Of a stretch of 64,000 bases of DNA, positions 54,634 through 64,000 are shown piece after piece (within the stretch, counting starts at the first letter, position 1; each line of letters opens with the position of its first letter). Source of the DNA: an uncultured Verrucomicrobiae bacterium (GTDB lineage Bacteria > Verrucomicrobiota > Verrucomicrobiia > Limisphaerales > Palsa-1400); assembly GCA_963707025.1 (NCBI GenBank), contig CAVPOM010000013.1:64001-128000 (forward strand), written 5' to 3'. Below the pieces are notes generated by a model. That model searched no databases and had not been told where the DNA came from. It saw nothing but the letters and a program-made list of their open reading frames with translations. The position numbers and the translations under genes were made by a program.

Positions 54634-57600
54634 ATGAAAGACGAATCCGCATACCCAAACGCCGGCGAGGCGGAAACCATTTTTAACGCCGCCCTGGCCT
54701 TCAGCGCCGCCGAGCGCGCGGCTTACCTGGCCGGGGCTTGCCGGGACAACCTCGCCCTGCGCCAGCGGGTCGAAGCCTTGCTGCGCGCCCACGAGGCAGC
54801 CCCAGGGTTTCTGCCCGAGCCATCAGCGCCGGCCCGCCCCACCGTCAAACTGGACGGCGCGGACAGCGCGCCCGACGACGCCGTCGGCATGATGGTCGGC
54901 CGCTACAAGTTGCTGGAGAAAGTCGGGGAAGGCGGCTGCGGTGTGGTTTATGTGGCCGAGCAGGCCATGCCGGTCCGCCGGCGCGTGGCCCTCAAGGTCA
55001 TCAAGCTGGGCATGGACACCAAGGCGGTCGTGGCGCGCTTCGAGGCGGAACGCCAGGCGCTGGCGATGATGGATCATCCCAACATCGCCAAGGTGTTCGA
55101 TGCCGGGACCACGGAGACCGGCCGTCCTTTCTTCGTGATGGAGTTGGTGCGGGGCATCAAGATCACCGAGTACTGCGATCAGGCCAACCTGAGCACGAAG
55201 GAGCGGCTGGACCTTTTCATCAAGGTTTGCCAGGCCGTCCAGCACGCCCACCAGAAGGGCATCATCCACCGCGACATCAAGCCCTCCAATATCATGGTGA
55301 CGCTGCACGACGGCGTGCCGGTGCCCAAGGTGATTGACTTCGGCATCGCCAAGGCCACGGAAGGCCGGCTGGTGGACGCGACCGTCTATACCCAATTGCA
55401 CCAATTCATCGGCACGCCGGCCTACATGAGCCCGGAGCAGGCGGAGATGAGCGGGCTGGACATTGATACGCGCAGCGACATCTACAGCCTGGGGGTGCTG
55501 CTCTACGAACTGCTGGCCGGCAGCACGCCTTTCGACCCCAAGGAACTGATGGCCGCCGGCCTTGATGCCATGCGCAAGACCATCCGCGAGAAGGAGCCGG
55601 TCCGCCCGAGCACGCGCCTGGCCACGCTCAAAGGCGAGGAGTTGACGACCGCAGCCAGACGCCGCTCCTCCGATGCGCCCAGGCTGATCCACCTGCTCAA
55701 GGGCGATCTGGACTGGATTGTGATGAAATGCCTGGAGAAGGATCGCACCCATCGCTACGAAACGGCCAACGGGCTGGCGATGGATCTCAAGCGCCACCTG
55801 GACAACGAACCGGTTGTCGCCCGGCCGCCGAGCAACCTCTACCGTTTCCAGAAGCTGGTGCGCCGCAACAAGCTGGCGGTCGGGGCGGCCGCGGCGATAG
55901 CGGTGTCGTTGATTCTGGGTTTGGGTATTTCCTCCTTCCTGTTTATCCGCGAGAAGCAGGCCCGGGCCAGCGAAGCCGGGATGTTTATCCGCGAGAAGGA
56001 AGCCCGCCAACAAGCCGAAGACGCCAAAAAGCAGGCCCAGGCCGAAGCCAGCCGGGCGGAAGCCGCGTCCCTCGAATTGAAGACAACCCTGTCTGCCTCC
56101 GAATTTGTCCAGGGTTCCCGCCTGCTTTCCGAAGGCTACCGCAGCGATGGCCTGGCTTATCTGGCGCGGAGTTTATCCGATAATCCGACCAACGAGGTGG
56201 TTTCAACCAGGCTGGCGAACTTGCTAGCCTCTCATTATTGGATAGCTCCCGCAGGGTCGTTGCCACCGGCCAATGCCGCACCCTCCAGTCCGGATGGGAA
56301 GCAGCCCGCCGCGGCGCCGGGGGATGGCCTTGTGCGGGAGTGGGAGGCGCAGAGCCGGATGCCGCTGACGGAGACCTTGAAAACCGCCGGGCCGGTGATG
56401 TCAGCGCAATTCAGCCCGGATGGGAAGCGCATCCTCACCATGTCGGGAACAGAAACTCACGGCACGGCGCAATTGTGGGACGCGCAGACCGGCCAGCCCC
56501 TGACCGGGCCTTTGCGGGACGGCAATAAACTGAATTCAGCGCAATTCAGTCCAGATGGGAAGCAGATCGTCACGGCTTCGGCGGACAAGACCGCGCGGGT
56601 CTGGGATGCGCAAAGCGGCCAGCCGGTGACGGAGCCGCTCGAACACGACGGGGCGGTGGTTTCAGCGCAATTCAGCCCGGATGGGAAGCGGATCGTCACG
56701 GTTTGCTCCAGCAACACCGCGCGGGTGTGGGACGCGCAGAGCGGCCGGGCGCTGACCGGGCCGTTGCAACTGGGCAGCAGCGGCATCAAGCCGGAGGGAT
56801 TTGGTTTTGACCCGGCGCAGGCGATGCTGAGTTACTTCGAGCAAATCGCGCGCGAGGCCGCCCAGCAAACTCAATTTAGTCCGGATGGGAAACAGATCGT
56901 CACGGCTTGGGGGGAGACAGCGCGGATCTGGGATGCGCAGACCGGCCAGCCGGTGACCGGCCCGCTGCCGCACACCGGCCGCCTGATCTCGGCGCAATTC
57001 AGTCCGGATGGCAGGCGCATCCTCACGGTCTCAGGACGGGGCAGGAATGCCACCGCCCAGCAGTGGGATGCGCAGAGCGGCCGGGCGCTGACTGAGCCGC
57101 CGCACTACGGCTCCAACGTGTATTCGGCGCGCTTCAGTTCGGATGGGCAGCGTATCTTAACGGCGTCCTTTGACGGGACTGCGCGGGTATGGGATGCGCA
57201 GAGTGGCAAGCTGCTGGCCTCGCCTTTGCAACCCGGTTTCTTGCTTTCAGCGCAATTCAGTCTGGACGGCAAGCGCATCCTCAGGACGACGATGGACCTT
57301 GATCAGTTGATACAAACGGCCGGCGAGGGCGGCCAGGTTCCCAGGGTACACTTCTTGACGCGGGTGTGGGATGCGCAGAGCGGCCAGCCGCTGACGGATT
57401 CTTTGCAAAACGAGCTTGATGCTTTGCAAAACGACTTCAGCATTTCAGCGCAATTTAGTCCGGATGGCAAGCGCTTCGTTACCACGTCTTCTGACGGGCA
57501 CGCGCGCGTCTGGGACGTGGCCCCATCACCGGAAAACCACCCCGCCTGGTTGCCGCAACTGGCGGAAGCGATAGCCGGCCAGGCGCTGAACCGGCAGGGC

Positions 57601-58359
57601 GTGTTGGAAGCGACCCAGTTCAACCGCGTTGAGATTATCAACCGCATCCGGCAGGAATTGAGCCGCGATCCCGACCAGGACGACTGGGTGGTTTGGGGAC
57701 GCTGGTTTTTGGCCGATCCGTTCACGCGCACGATTTCGCCTTTTTCCAAACAAACCGTTCTCGAGTATGTCCAGGAGCGAATCAAGGAGAACACCGCGGA
57801 ATCGCTCGATCAGGCCGCCCGGCTGGTGGGCAGCGATGACCCACGGTCGCAACGGATCGCAGAAGCGCGCAAGATTTTAGCCGAAAAGGAAGCCCAAACG
57901 GAGGCCCAAAAGGAAGCCTCTTTCTTCGTTGCCACGAATGCCGTTGATGCCGTCAATCCAGGAGAGGAGCAGTCCGAGACAAATCATGGTTTCGCAGAGC
58001 AGAAAACACAAACCGGCAGTTTTCAGAACCATGAATTTCGAGCGGCCTTGCTGGGCGGCTGGTTCTCCTACGAGGTCAAGGTGCTGCCGGATAAACCGGT
58101 GGTGGTGGTTTGCACCTACCCCGGCGACTTCAAATATCCAGGAAACTTCGACCTCCTGGTCAACGGCCAAAAGATCGCCACCGAAACACTCCAAGCAGCG
58201 CCGCTCTTGGAGAAACCCGCGCAATTCCGCAGCAGGGAATATCGCATTCCGGAAGAGATGACGCAGGGCTTGGAGCATGTCACCTTGAAATTCCGGCCGC
58301 GTCCAAGAGGCCTGACCACCCGGGTTTTCTGCGTCCGCATCCTTGAGGCGGAAAAATAA
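54634..58359 (+). CDS. Ser/Thr protein kinase with WD40 repeats and a C-terminal DUF6805-like beta-sandwich
   Basis: Same kinase motifs; SAQFSPDGK repeats; C-terminal GGWFSYEVKV..CTY.G...FDLLVNG. Confidence 0.9.
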   Translation: MKDESAYPNAGEAETIFNAALAFSAAERAAYLAGACRDNLALRQRVEALLRAHEAAPGFLPEPSAPARPTVKLDGADSAPDDAVGMMVGRYKLLEKVGEGGCGVVYVAEQAMPVRRRVALKVIKLGMDTKAVVARFEAERQALAMMDHPNIAKVFDAGTTETGRPFFVMELVRGIKITEYCDQANLSTKERLDLFIKVCQAVQHAHQKGIIHRDIKPSNIMVTLHDGVPVPKVIDFGIAKATEGRLVDATVYTQLHQFIGTPAYMSPEQAEMSGLDIDTRSDIYSLGVLLYELLAGSTPFDPKELMAAGLDAMRKTIREKEPVRPSTRLATLKGEELTTAARRRSSDAPRLIHLLKGDLDWIVMKCLEKDRTHRYETANGLAMDLKRHLDNEPVVARPPSNLYRFQKLVRRNKLAVGAAAAIAVSLILGLGISSFLFIREKQARASEAGMFIREKEARQQAEDAKKQAQAEASRAEAASLELKTTLSASEFVQGSRLLSEGYRSDGLAYLARSLSDNPTNEVVSTRLANLLASHYWIAPAGSLPPANAAPSSPDGKQPAAAPGDGLVREWEAQSRMPLTETLKTAGPVMSAQFSPDGKRILTMSGTETHGTAQLWDAQTGQPLTGPLRDGNKLNSAQFSPDGKQIVTASADKTARVWDAQSGQPVTEPLEHDGAVVSAQFSPDGKRIVTVCSSNTARVWDAQSGRALTGPLQLGSSGIKPEGFGFDPAQAMLSYFEQIAREAAQQTQFSPDGKQIVTAWGETARIWDAQTGQPVTGPLPHTGRLISAQFSPDGRRILTVSGRGRNATAQQWDAQSGRALTEPPHYGSNVYSARFSSDGQRILTASFDGTARVWDAQSGKLLASPLQPGFLLSAQFSLDGKRILRTTMDLDQLIQTAGEGGQVPRVHFLTRVWDAQSGQPLTDSLQNELDALQNDFSISAQFSPDGKRFVTTSSDGHARVWDVAPSPENHPAWLPQLAEAIAGQALNRQGVLEATQFNRVEIINRIRQELSRDPDQDDWVVWGRWFLADPFTRTISPFSKQTVLEYVQERIKENTAESLDQAARLVGSDDPRSQRIAEARKILAEKEAQTEAQKEASFFVATNAVDAVNPGEEQSETNHGFAEQKTQTGSFQNHEFRAALLGGWFSYEVKVLPDKPVVVVCTYPGDFKYPGNFDLLVNGQKIATETLQAAPLLEKPAQFRSREYRIPEEMTQGLEHVTLKFRPRPRGLTTRVFCVRILEAEK

Positions 58360-58698
58360 CCCCGCGCCGCATTGCCTGAATCAAGCGCTGAGCTTTAACT
58401 TTGCCGTTGGGCCGGCTTGACGGGGCCGAAGCTGGAGCGGAACGGGGTGTGTTGTTCGCCCGACGGCGCCTGGCCGCTGGCAAACGCCTCCATCCCGGCA
58501 AGGCCAGGCCTGCCGCTGCGCCGGCCCAGGCGAAAAGAAAGGAGCTGTCTTTCGGTTTCATCACGGCGGCAAGTTACGCGCTCTCAGCTTTTCGACAAAT
58601 CTTTTCAGAATCCGTTCGCTTCGTTCATCCAAACCAAGCCGCCCGGCCGGGAAGAAAAGGATTGCTTGCGGGGGTTGGTTCGACCAAAAGTAGCAGCC

Positions 58699-59364
58699 GT
58701 GCCCGCACGAGCCGCCAAGCCGCCCGATTTCCGATTTGAATCGGATCTGTTGCAAAGGGGCTTCCACCCCATCGCCGGCGTGGACGAAGCGGGGCGCGGG
58801 CCGCTGGCCGGGCCGGTCGTGGCCGCCGCCGTCGTTTTCCCGGCGGATTGGATTCGGCGCGGCCTGCCAGAAGTTTTGCGGGAAATCAACGATTCCAAAC
58901 AGCTTTCCGCGGAAACGCGGGAGGCGCTTTATGCCGCGTTGGTTTCCAACCAGGAAATTCGTTTCGGCATCGCCCGGGTGGACGCGCCGCTCATTGATCA
59001 AATCAACATTCTCCAGGCGACCCATCGCGCCATGAACCTGGCGCTGGCGCAATTGCAGCCCCCGCCCCAGCACGTCCTGGTGGACGGCCTGCGCGTCAAC
59101 AGCCTTGCCTTCCCCCAAACCGCCATCGTATCCGGCGACGCCTTGAGCTGGTCCATCGCCGCCGCCAGCATTCTGGCCAAAGTCACCCGCGACCGTCTCA
59201 TGGTGGAGTTCGACCGCGAGTATCCCGGCTACGGTTTTTCCGGCCACAAAGGTTACGGGACCGGGCAGCATCTCGCCGCTCTGAAGCAGCGCGGCCCCTG
59301 TCCGATCCATCGTCATTCCTTCTCCCCGCTCCGCCCCGTGCAGACGGAACTTTTTCCCCCATGA
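58699..59364 (+). CDS. rnhB: Ribonuclease HII
   Basis: AGVDEAGRGPLAGPVVAAA, DSK, LVDG, SIAAASILAKVTRD and HKGYGT motifs. Confidence 0.96.
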   Translation: MPARAAKPPDFRFESDLLQRGFHPIAGVDEAGRGPLAGPVVAAAVVFPADWIRRGLPEVLREINDSKQLSAETREALYAALVSNQEIRFGIARVDAPLIDQINILQATHRAMNLALAQLQPPPQHVLVDGLRVNSLAFPQTAIVSGDALSWSIAAASILAKVTRDRLMVEFDREYPGYGFSGHKGYGTGQHLAALKQRGPCPIHRHSFSPLRPVQTELFPP

Positions 59365-59556
59365 CCCTGCTGGAACGCCTCCAATCCTGGCGCGGCAAAA
59401 AACCGCCGACCGTGAGTTCGCGTCACGGCGCGCTGGGCGAGGGCGCGGCCAAGAAACATCTGCAAGGAGCCGGCCTGAAATTTCTCACCGCCAATTTCCG
59501 CACCCGGCGCGGCGAATTGGATTTGGTCTTCCGCGACGCCGATTGCCTGCTGTTTG
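59361..59556 (+). pseudogene. Truncated yraN 5' fragment
   Basis: Coupled to the rnhB stop; 59426-59549 is nearly identical to 61055-61178, then similarity ends. Confidence 0.8.
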
Positions 59557-59859
59557 TTTTATTTGTCAGAAACTTATTCCTGTGCCAACTCTGGTTCGTT
59601 ATGAAACCACAATTGGCGATCAGGCGCGGATTAAACCACCGTGGCTGGACCTGGGTGATGTGGTCGGCTTGGTGGAAACCAAGCCGTCACCTGATTTTGA
59701 TCCCATCGAACTGAGGAATTCTGGAGGTGGGGTGGGGCTGCCGCGAACGGATAGATGGCGCGTGGTGGCGTGGGACGCGGCGTTGGGCACTTTGGCCAGA
59801 AGAATTGAGCTTGAGTTTTCTGAGCGCTGTGGCATGCAGAGGTGCAAGCAAGACAAATT

Positions 59860-60702
59860 ATGAAGAAGAACCCGATTGCAAGTTGTCTGCGCGGACGCCG
59901 GGCTGTGGGGAAGCCGATGGGGTTCACCTTAATCGAATTGCTGGTGGTCATTGCCATCATTGCCATTCTGGCAGCGCTGTTGTTGCCCGTCCTGGCCAAT
60001 GCCAAGAAGAAGGCCCAAGGTATCCATTGCGAGAGCAATCTGAGGCAACTTGGCTTGGGCTGGTACGCCTACGCGAATGATAATAAGGACAGACTGGCTC
60101 CGGTCGCTTCCACGGCGGGTGGAATCGGCTGGGTGGATGGCGCAACTCCCGATTATGCGGCGGACATCACGAACGGAGTGCTGTGGCCTTATGTCGGGAA
60201 CCTGGGTGTTTACCATTGTCCGGCGGACACTTCGACCTACCAGTCAGGCACCACCGGTACTGCCCAGAGCGCGCAGCGTGTCCATGAACTGCTGGATGAA
60301 CCCGGACCAAGACCCTTGGAACCAGATACCGGGCGGCACTGCTCAAGGCAGGGAGTTTAGGAAAATGGCCGATATCAGCACCGGGGGAATGGGCAATGCC
60401 AGTTGTTTTGTGCTGCTGGACGAGAATCCCAACACCATCAATGACGGCTACTTTGGGGTTGACCCCGGTTATTCGAGCCCCTCCTTACTCTTCCCTCGCG
60501 GGCAACCAAGACGTTCTGGATAGATGTTCCCGCCACCTACCATCTCAATGCTTGCGGCTTTATTTTCGCCGATGACCATGCTGAAATCAAGAAATGGACG
60601 GACCCGGCGATCCTGGCCAAAAACGCGGGCAACTTTCAACCAGCGACTCCGCCCTACACCGATTTGCGCTGGTTGCAGATCAGAGCCACCGTCCCGAAAT
60701 GA
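59860..60702 (+). CDS. Prepilin-type N-terminal cleavage/methylation domain protein (two apparent frameshifts)
   Basis: [23 protein letters not shown]; continues as [20 protein letters not shown] and then [20 protein letters not shown] in other frames. Confidence 0.8.
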
Positions 60703-60989
60703 CACTTCGGCTGCGTCGGGCTTGACTGCCTGGGTCGTAGCTTATGGAGATTCCAACGGTTCTGAAGTGAAAGCTCTATTTGCCATTCAGGAGCAAGATT
60801 TAGGTTTTAAGACTTATTCCAAGCAAGTTAGGTTGCAAGAGGTTGCTGGAGAACACCCCGGCATCGCATACGGCGGCAGCTTTTCAGCGCGGCTAGGGGA
60901 TCAGCTTGAACTGCGCGAGCCTTGATGAGTGGCATGGGCTTGCTGAAAATGGTTGTCTCCGCGTTCAATTCGTGTTCAATCGGTGGTTG

Positions 60990-61418
60990 GTGAATCTCTT
61001 GGCAAAGCTCAAAACGCGTTTCGCTGGCAAGGCGGAGCCGGAACATTTGAGGCGCGGCGCGCTGGGCGAGGGCGCGGCCAAGAAACATCTGCAAAGAGCC
61101 GGCCTGAAATTCCTCACCGCCAATTTCCGCACCCGGCGCGGCGAATTGGATCTGGTCTTCCGCGACGCCGATTGCCTGGTCTTCGTCGAAGTCAAAACCC
61201 GATCCTCGGAAGACTGGACCCGTCCCGCGGCGGCCGTGAACGCGGAAAAACGCCGGCGCCTTTCCCGTTGCGCCCTCGACTACCTGCGCCTGCTGAAAAA
61301 CCCGCCCATCAAAATTCGTTTTGACGTGGTGGAAGTCTTGTTGCAGGACGGCGCCGTGGCCGAAGTCCGTCATCTGCCCAACACCTTCACCCTCTCCGCC
61401 CCCTGGCGCTACGGCTGA
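60990..61418 (+). CDS. yraN: YraN (UPF0102) family putative nuclease
   Basis: G.LGE..A, GELDLV, LVFVEVKTR and RFDVV motifs. Confidence 0.92.
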   Translation: MNLLAKLKTRFAGKAEPEHLRRGALGEGAAKKHLQRAGLKFLTANFRTRRGELDLVFRDADCLVFVEVKTRSSEDWTRPAAAVNAEKRRRLSRCALDYLRLLKNPPIKIRFDVVEVLLQDGAVAEVRHLPNTFTLSAPWRYG

Positions 61419-61425
61419 AACCACT

Positions 61426-62424
61426 ATGAAGATTCTATTTATCGGCGGCACCGGTTTTATCAGCACGTCGGTCAGCCGGCTGGCCGCGGCCAGGGGTTTC
61501 GATTTGTATCTGCTCAACCGCGGCCTGAGAAAACCCGGTTTGCCGGGAGTCCGCCGGCTCACCGCCGACATTCGCCAGCCGGAACAAGCCCGCGCCGCGC
61601 TGCGCAAACTGCAATTTGACGCGGTGGTGGATTGGATTGCCTACACGCCGGAGGACATTGAGCGCGACCTGGCCCTTTTCCGGGGCCGCACCCGGCAGTT
61701 TATCTTCATCAGTTCGGCCTCCGCCTACCAAAAGCCGCCCGGCCACCATGTCATCCGGGAGTCAACCCCGCTGCATAATCCTTACTGGGAATATTCGCGC
61801 AACAAGATCGCCTGCGAAGAGCGTCTGACACGGGCCTGGCGGGAAGAGGGCTTTCCCGCCACCATCGTCCGCCCTTCCCTGACCTATGGCGACGCCAATT
61901 TCCCCATCGCGCTGGGTGGCTGGGGCTGTTACACCCTGGCGGATCGTTTGAAAAAGGGGCGGCCCATCATCGTTCATGGCGACGGTTCCTCCTTGTGGGT
62001 CGTCACCCACGCCGACGATTTTGCCCGCGGATTTTGCGGCCTGCTCGGCAACCAGCAGGCGGTGGGCGACGTTTTCCACATCACTTCCGACGAGGTGCTG
62101 ACCTGGAACCAGATTTACGAAACCATCGCCGACGCCCTCGGCGTCAAAGCCAACGTGGTCCACATCCCCTCCGATTTTATCGCCCGGGTGGCCCCCGCGC
62201 TGGCGGGCAGCCTGCTGGGCGACAAAACCTGGAGCGTGGTTTTCGACAACAGCAAAATCAAGGCCTTCGTGCCCGGTTTTCAGGCGGTCATACCATTCCG
62301 CGAAGGCATCCGCCGCACCTTGGCCTGGTTTGACGCGGACAAGAAGCGCCGCCGCGTGGACCCAGCCGTCAATTCCCAACTGGAAACCATTCTGGCCGCC
62401 TACGCCGCCCAATCCCAATCATAA
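61426..62424 (+). CDS. NAD-dependent epimerase/dehydratase (atypical SDR)
   Basis: ILFIGGTGFIS, FISSASAY, YSRNK and IVRPSLTYG motifs. Confidence 0.9.
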   Translation: MKILFIGGTGFISTSVSRLAAARGFDLYLLNRGLRKPGLPGVRRLTADIRQPEQARAALRKLQFDAVVDWIAYTPEDIERDLALFRGRTRQFIFISSASAYQKPPGHHVIRESTPLHNPYWEYSRNKIACEERLTRAWREEGFPATIVRPSLTYGDANFPIALGGWGCYTLADRLKKGRPIIVHGDGSSLWVVTHADDFARGFCGLLGNQQAVGDVFHITSDEVLTWNQIYETIADALGVKANVVHIPSDFIARVAPALAGSLLGDKTWSVVFDNSKIKAFVPGFQAVIPFREGIRRTLAWFDADKKRRRVDPAVNSQLETILAAYAAQSQS

Positions 62425-62471
62425 TCCGAATCTTAATTTCTGTTTCTCCTCCAGGCTGGGCCTGGAATCAT

Positions 62472-63030
62472 TCACTGTTGGAAAGCAGCGCGATAGAAAC
62501 GAACAGGAAAGGCGCCCGCGGCAGCATCGTCCCATTCCACAAACCCATTGACGGCGGCATTCGTGGCCAGCGGCATCCACTGCGCTGGAAAGAGATTGGT
62601 CTCCGCTTCGAGGACATAGCTGCGGCCCGTGGTGCCGCTGAGTTCCAGATGAATAGCTCCGTTGTTCGTCGCAAAAATGGAGGTGAACCGCGGCGGCACG
62701 GCGATGGACAGCACGCCATTCGAGCCACCCGCCGGAATCAGAGTGCCCCCCGGGGTGGACACAACAATGTTCGATATGATGATCGTCTCGTCATGATCCG
62801 GCGCATTGCTTGAAATGCTAAAAGGCTCGTAAACCAGCACACCGTTGGTCAGTGGGGAGTTCGAATATGAGAACATCAAGACCCTCCGCACGCCCGTGGC
62901 TGGTTCGCTGGTAAAAACCATTTGATCCGCGAGGGCGCTGCCGCCCACAGGTGTGCCGGTGGCCAGGTAGTTGGTGTCATACACCAGGTCGAATTGCAGG
63001 GACGGCGCGTTGGTGTCCGTGCTGTAGTTA
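62472..63030 (-). pseudogene. 3' part of a cohesin-like-domain secreted protein gene interrupted by IS630
   Basis: Frame is open up to the IS boundary (SLQFDLVYD...); C-terminal YVLEAETNL..W..D..RFYR motif. Confidence 0.7.
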
Positions 63031-64000
63031 GAGCATTTCCATAAATCATGTAGCGTAGCGGGCGTTTAAAAAGAAGCCCCGGCAATCGGCGGTGGAGATG
63101 GCTTCAAAGGCAATCTTCGCCGCTTGGAGCAGTTCCTTGGCGGTTCGCGGCGCGAGACCTCGCATAATTTGTTTGACCTTGCTCCACATATTTTCGATGG
63201 GATTAAAGTCTGGCGAATAGGGCGGCAGATACAGCAGCGTTGCCCCGGCCTCTTCGATGGCTTGGCGGACTCCGGTCACCTTATGCGTGGCCAAGTTGTC
63301 CATGATGACCAAGTCACCCTTGCGCAACTCCACCACCAGCCCCTGCTGGATCCAGGCCAAAAACATTTCCCCGTCCATGGCCCCCTCAAAGAGGCAGGGG
63401 GCCGCAGGCCCGGCCAGACGAATGGCGCAGACCAGGGTGGTGGTCTGATAATGTCCCTGCGGGACGTGGGCCGCCAGTCTTCGGCCCACGGGTGACCGCC
63501 CGCAAAAACGGGTCATCTTGGTGTTGGCCCCGCTTTCATCCACGAAGACCAGTCGGGCAGGTGGGTCACTTGCCAGACGCTCATGCCAATGGGCCCGCTT
63601 TTCGGCCACGTCCGGACGGTTCTGCTCGGCGGCGCAGAGCGTTTTTTTTATAGCTCAACCCCAGTTTGCGCAGCCACAAATCCACAGTGGAGGTCCCGAA
63701 AGGGCGGTCCAGACGCGCCCCCAACTCGGCCAACGTCGCGTCGGGCTGGGCCGCCACCAGCTTTTGCAGGCGAGCCTGGCGTCCGGCGTTCAGCAGCGTT
63801 TTGCGCCCGCACAAATGGGTTTGCGGCTGGAGCGTGCCGCGCTCTTGGAACTGCTGCCGGACCCGGCGCACCGCCGCCACGCAAAAGCCGAAAAAGTCCG
63901 CGATCTCGCGGGTGCTTTTGCCTTGTTCATAGAGTTGCAGGATGCGCTCGCGCGCAGACACGGGTATCGCTCGCATGGCTCAAGCCTGCCAGCCCTCTCG
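63031..64000 (-). mobile_element. IS630-family element (runs off the window end)
   Basis: TA dinucleotide at 63029-63030 followed by GAGCATTTCC; split transposase ORFs. Confidence 0.88.
63046..63976 (-). CDS. IS630 transposase, two ORFs joined by a frameshift at an A8 run (63642-63649)
   Basis: HTH orfA 63581..63976; DDE orfB with FVDESG, MDNLATHK and LPPYSPDFNPIENMWSK. Confidence 0.92.

Noticed and set aside
52760..57520. WD40 DNA repeats as a diversity-generating or non-coding array
   Set aside because: They are in-frame protein repeats with ordinary codon-level divergence, and no adenine-specific pattern was noticed.
63642..63649. Frameshift in the IS630 transposase as a novelty
   Set aside because: An A-run frameshift between HTH and DDE ORFs is a common feature of IS630 elements.

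Overview
GC-rich bacterial window. The gene repertoire suggests Verrucomicrobiota subdivision 3 (inference from the TIGR02999-type ECF sigma with WD40 kinases, the prepilin-type N-terminal proteins and the 'xTNL..W..D..R[FL]YR' C-termini). Housekeeping genes (fliA-motA-motB, UvrD/PcrA helicase, lspA, RluA, uvrA/SMUG1, hpnA, alr, sppA, rnhB, yraN) are interleaved with small accessory modules. Mobile elements: an IS4 inserted into its own copy with a 9-bp target duplication, an IS630 interrupting a cohesin-like gene, MITE/REP-like palindromes, and a group II intron whose EBS1 loop matches a CCGGTCAAAC repeat that also occurs as an empty site 28 kb away. Also present are three type II TA pairs, an orphan Ntox46/TNT-like toxin, a DUF3800 gene with a 3' two-hairpin RNA, and an HTH_17 domain fused to a catalytically degenerate adenylate-forming domain. 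Several cargo modules are bounded by direct repeats that duplicate the end of a host gene (uvrD 3' end, tesA start, yraN 5' part, kinase 5' end), with no integrase present. Six genes carry single-base frameshifts, most likely consensus errors. All family calls come from motif recognition by eye; no searches were run.
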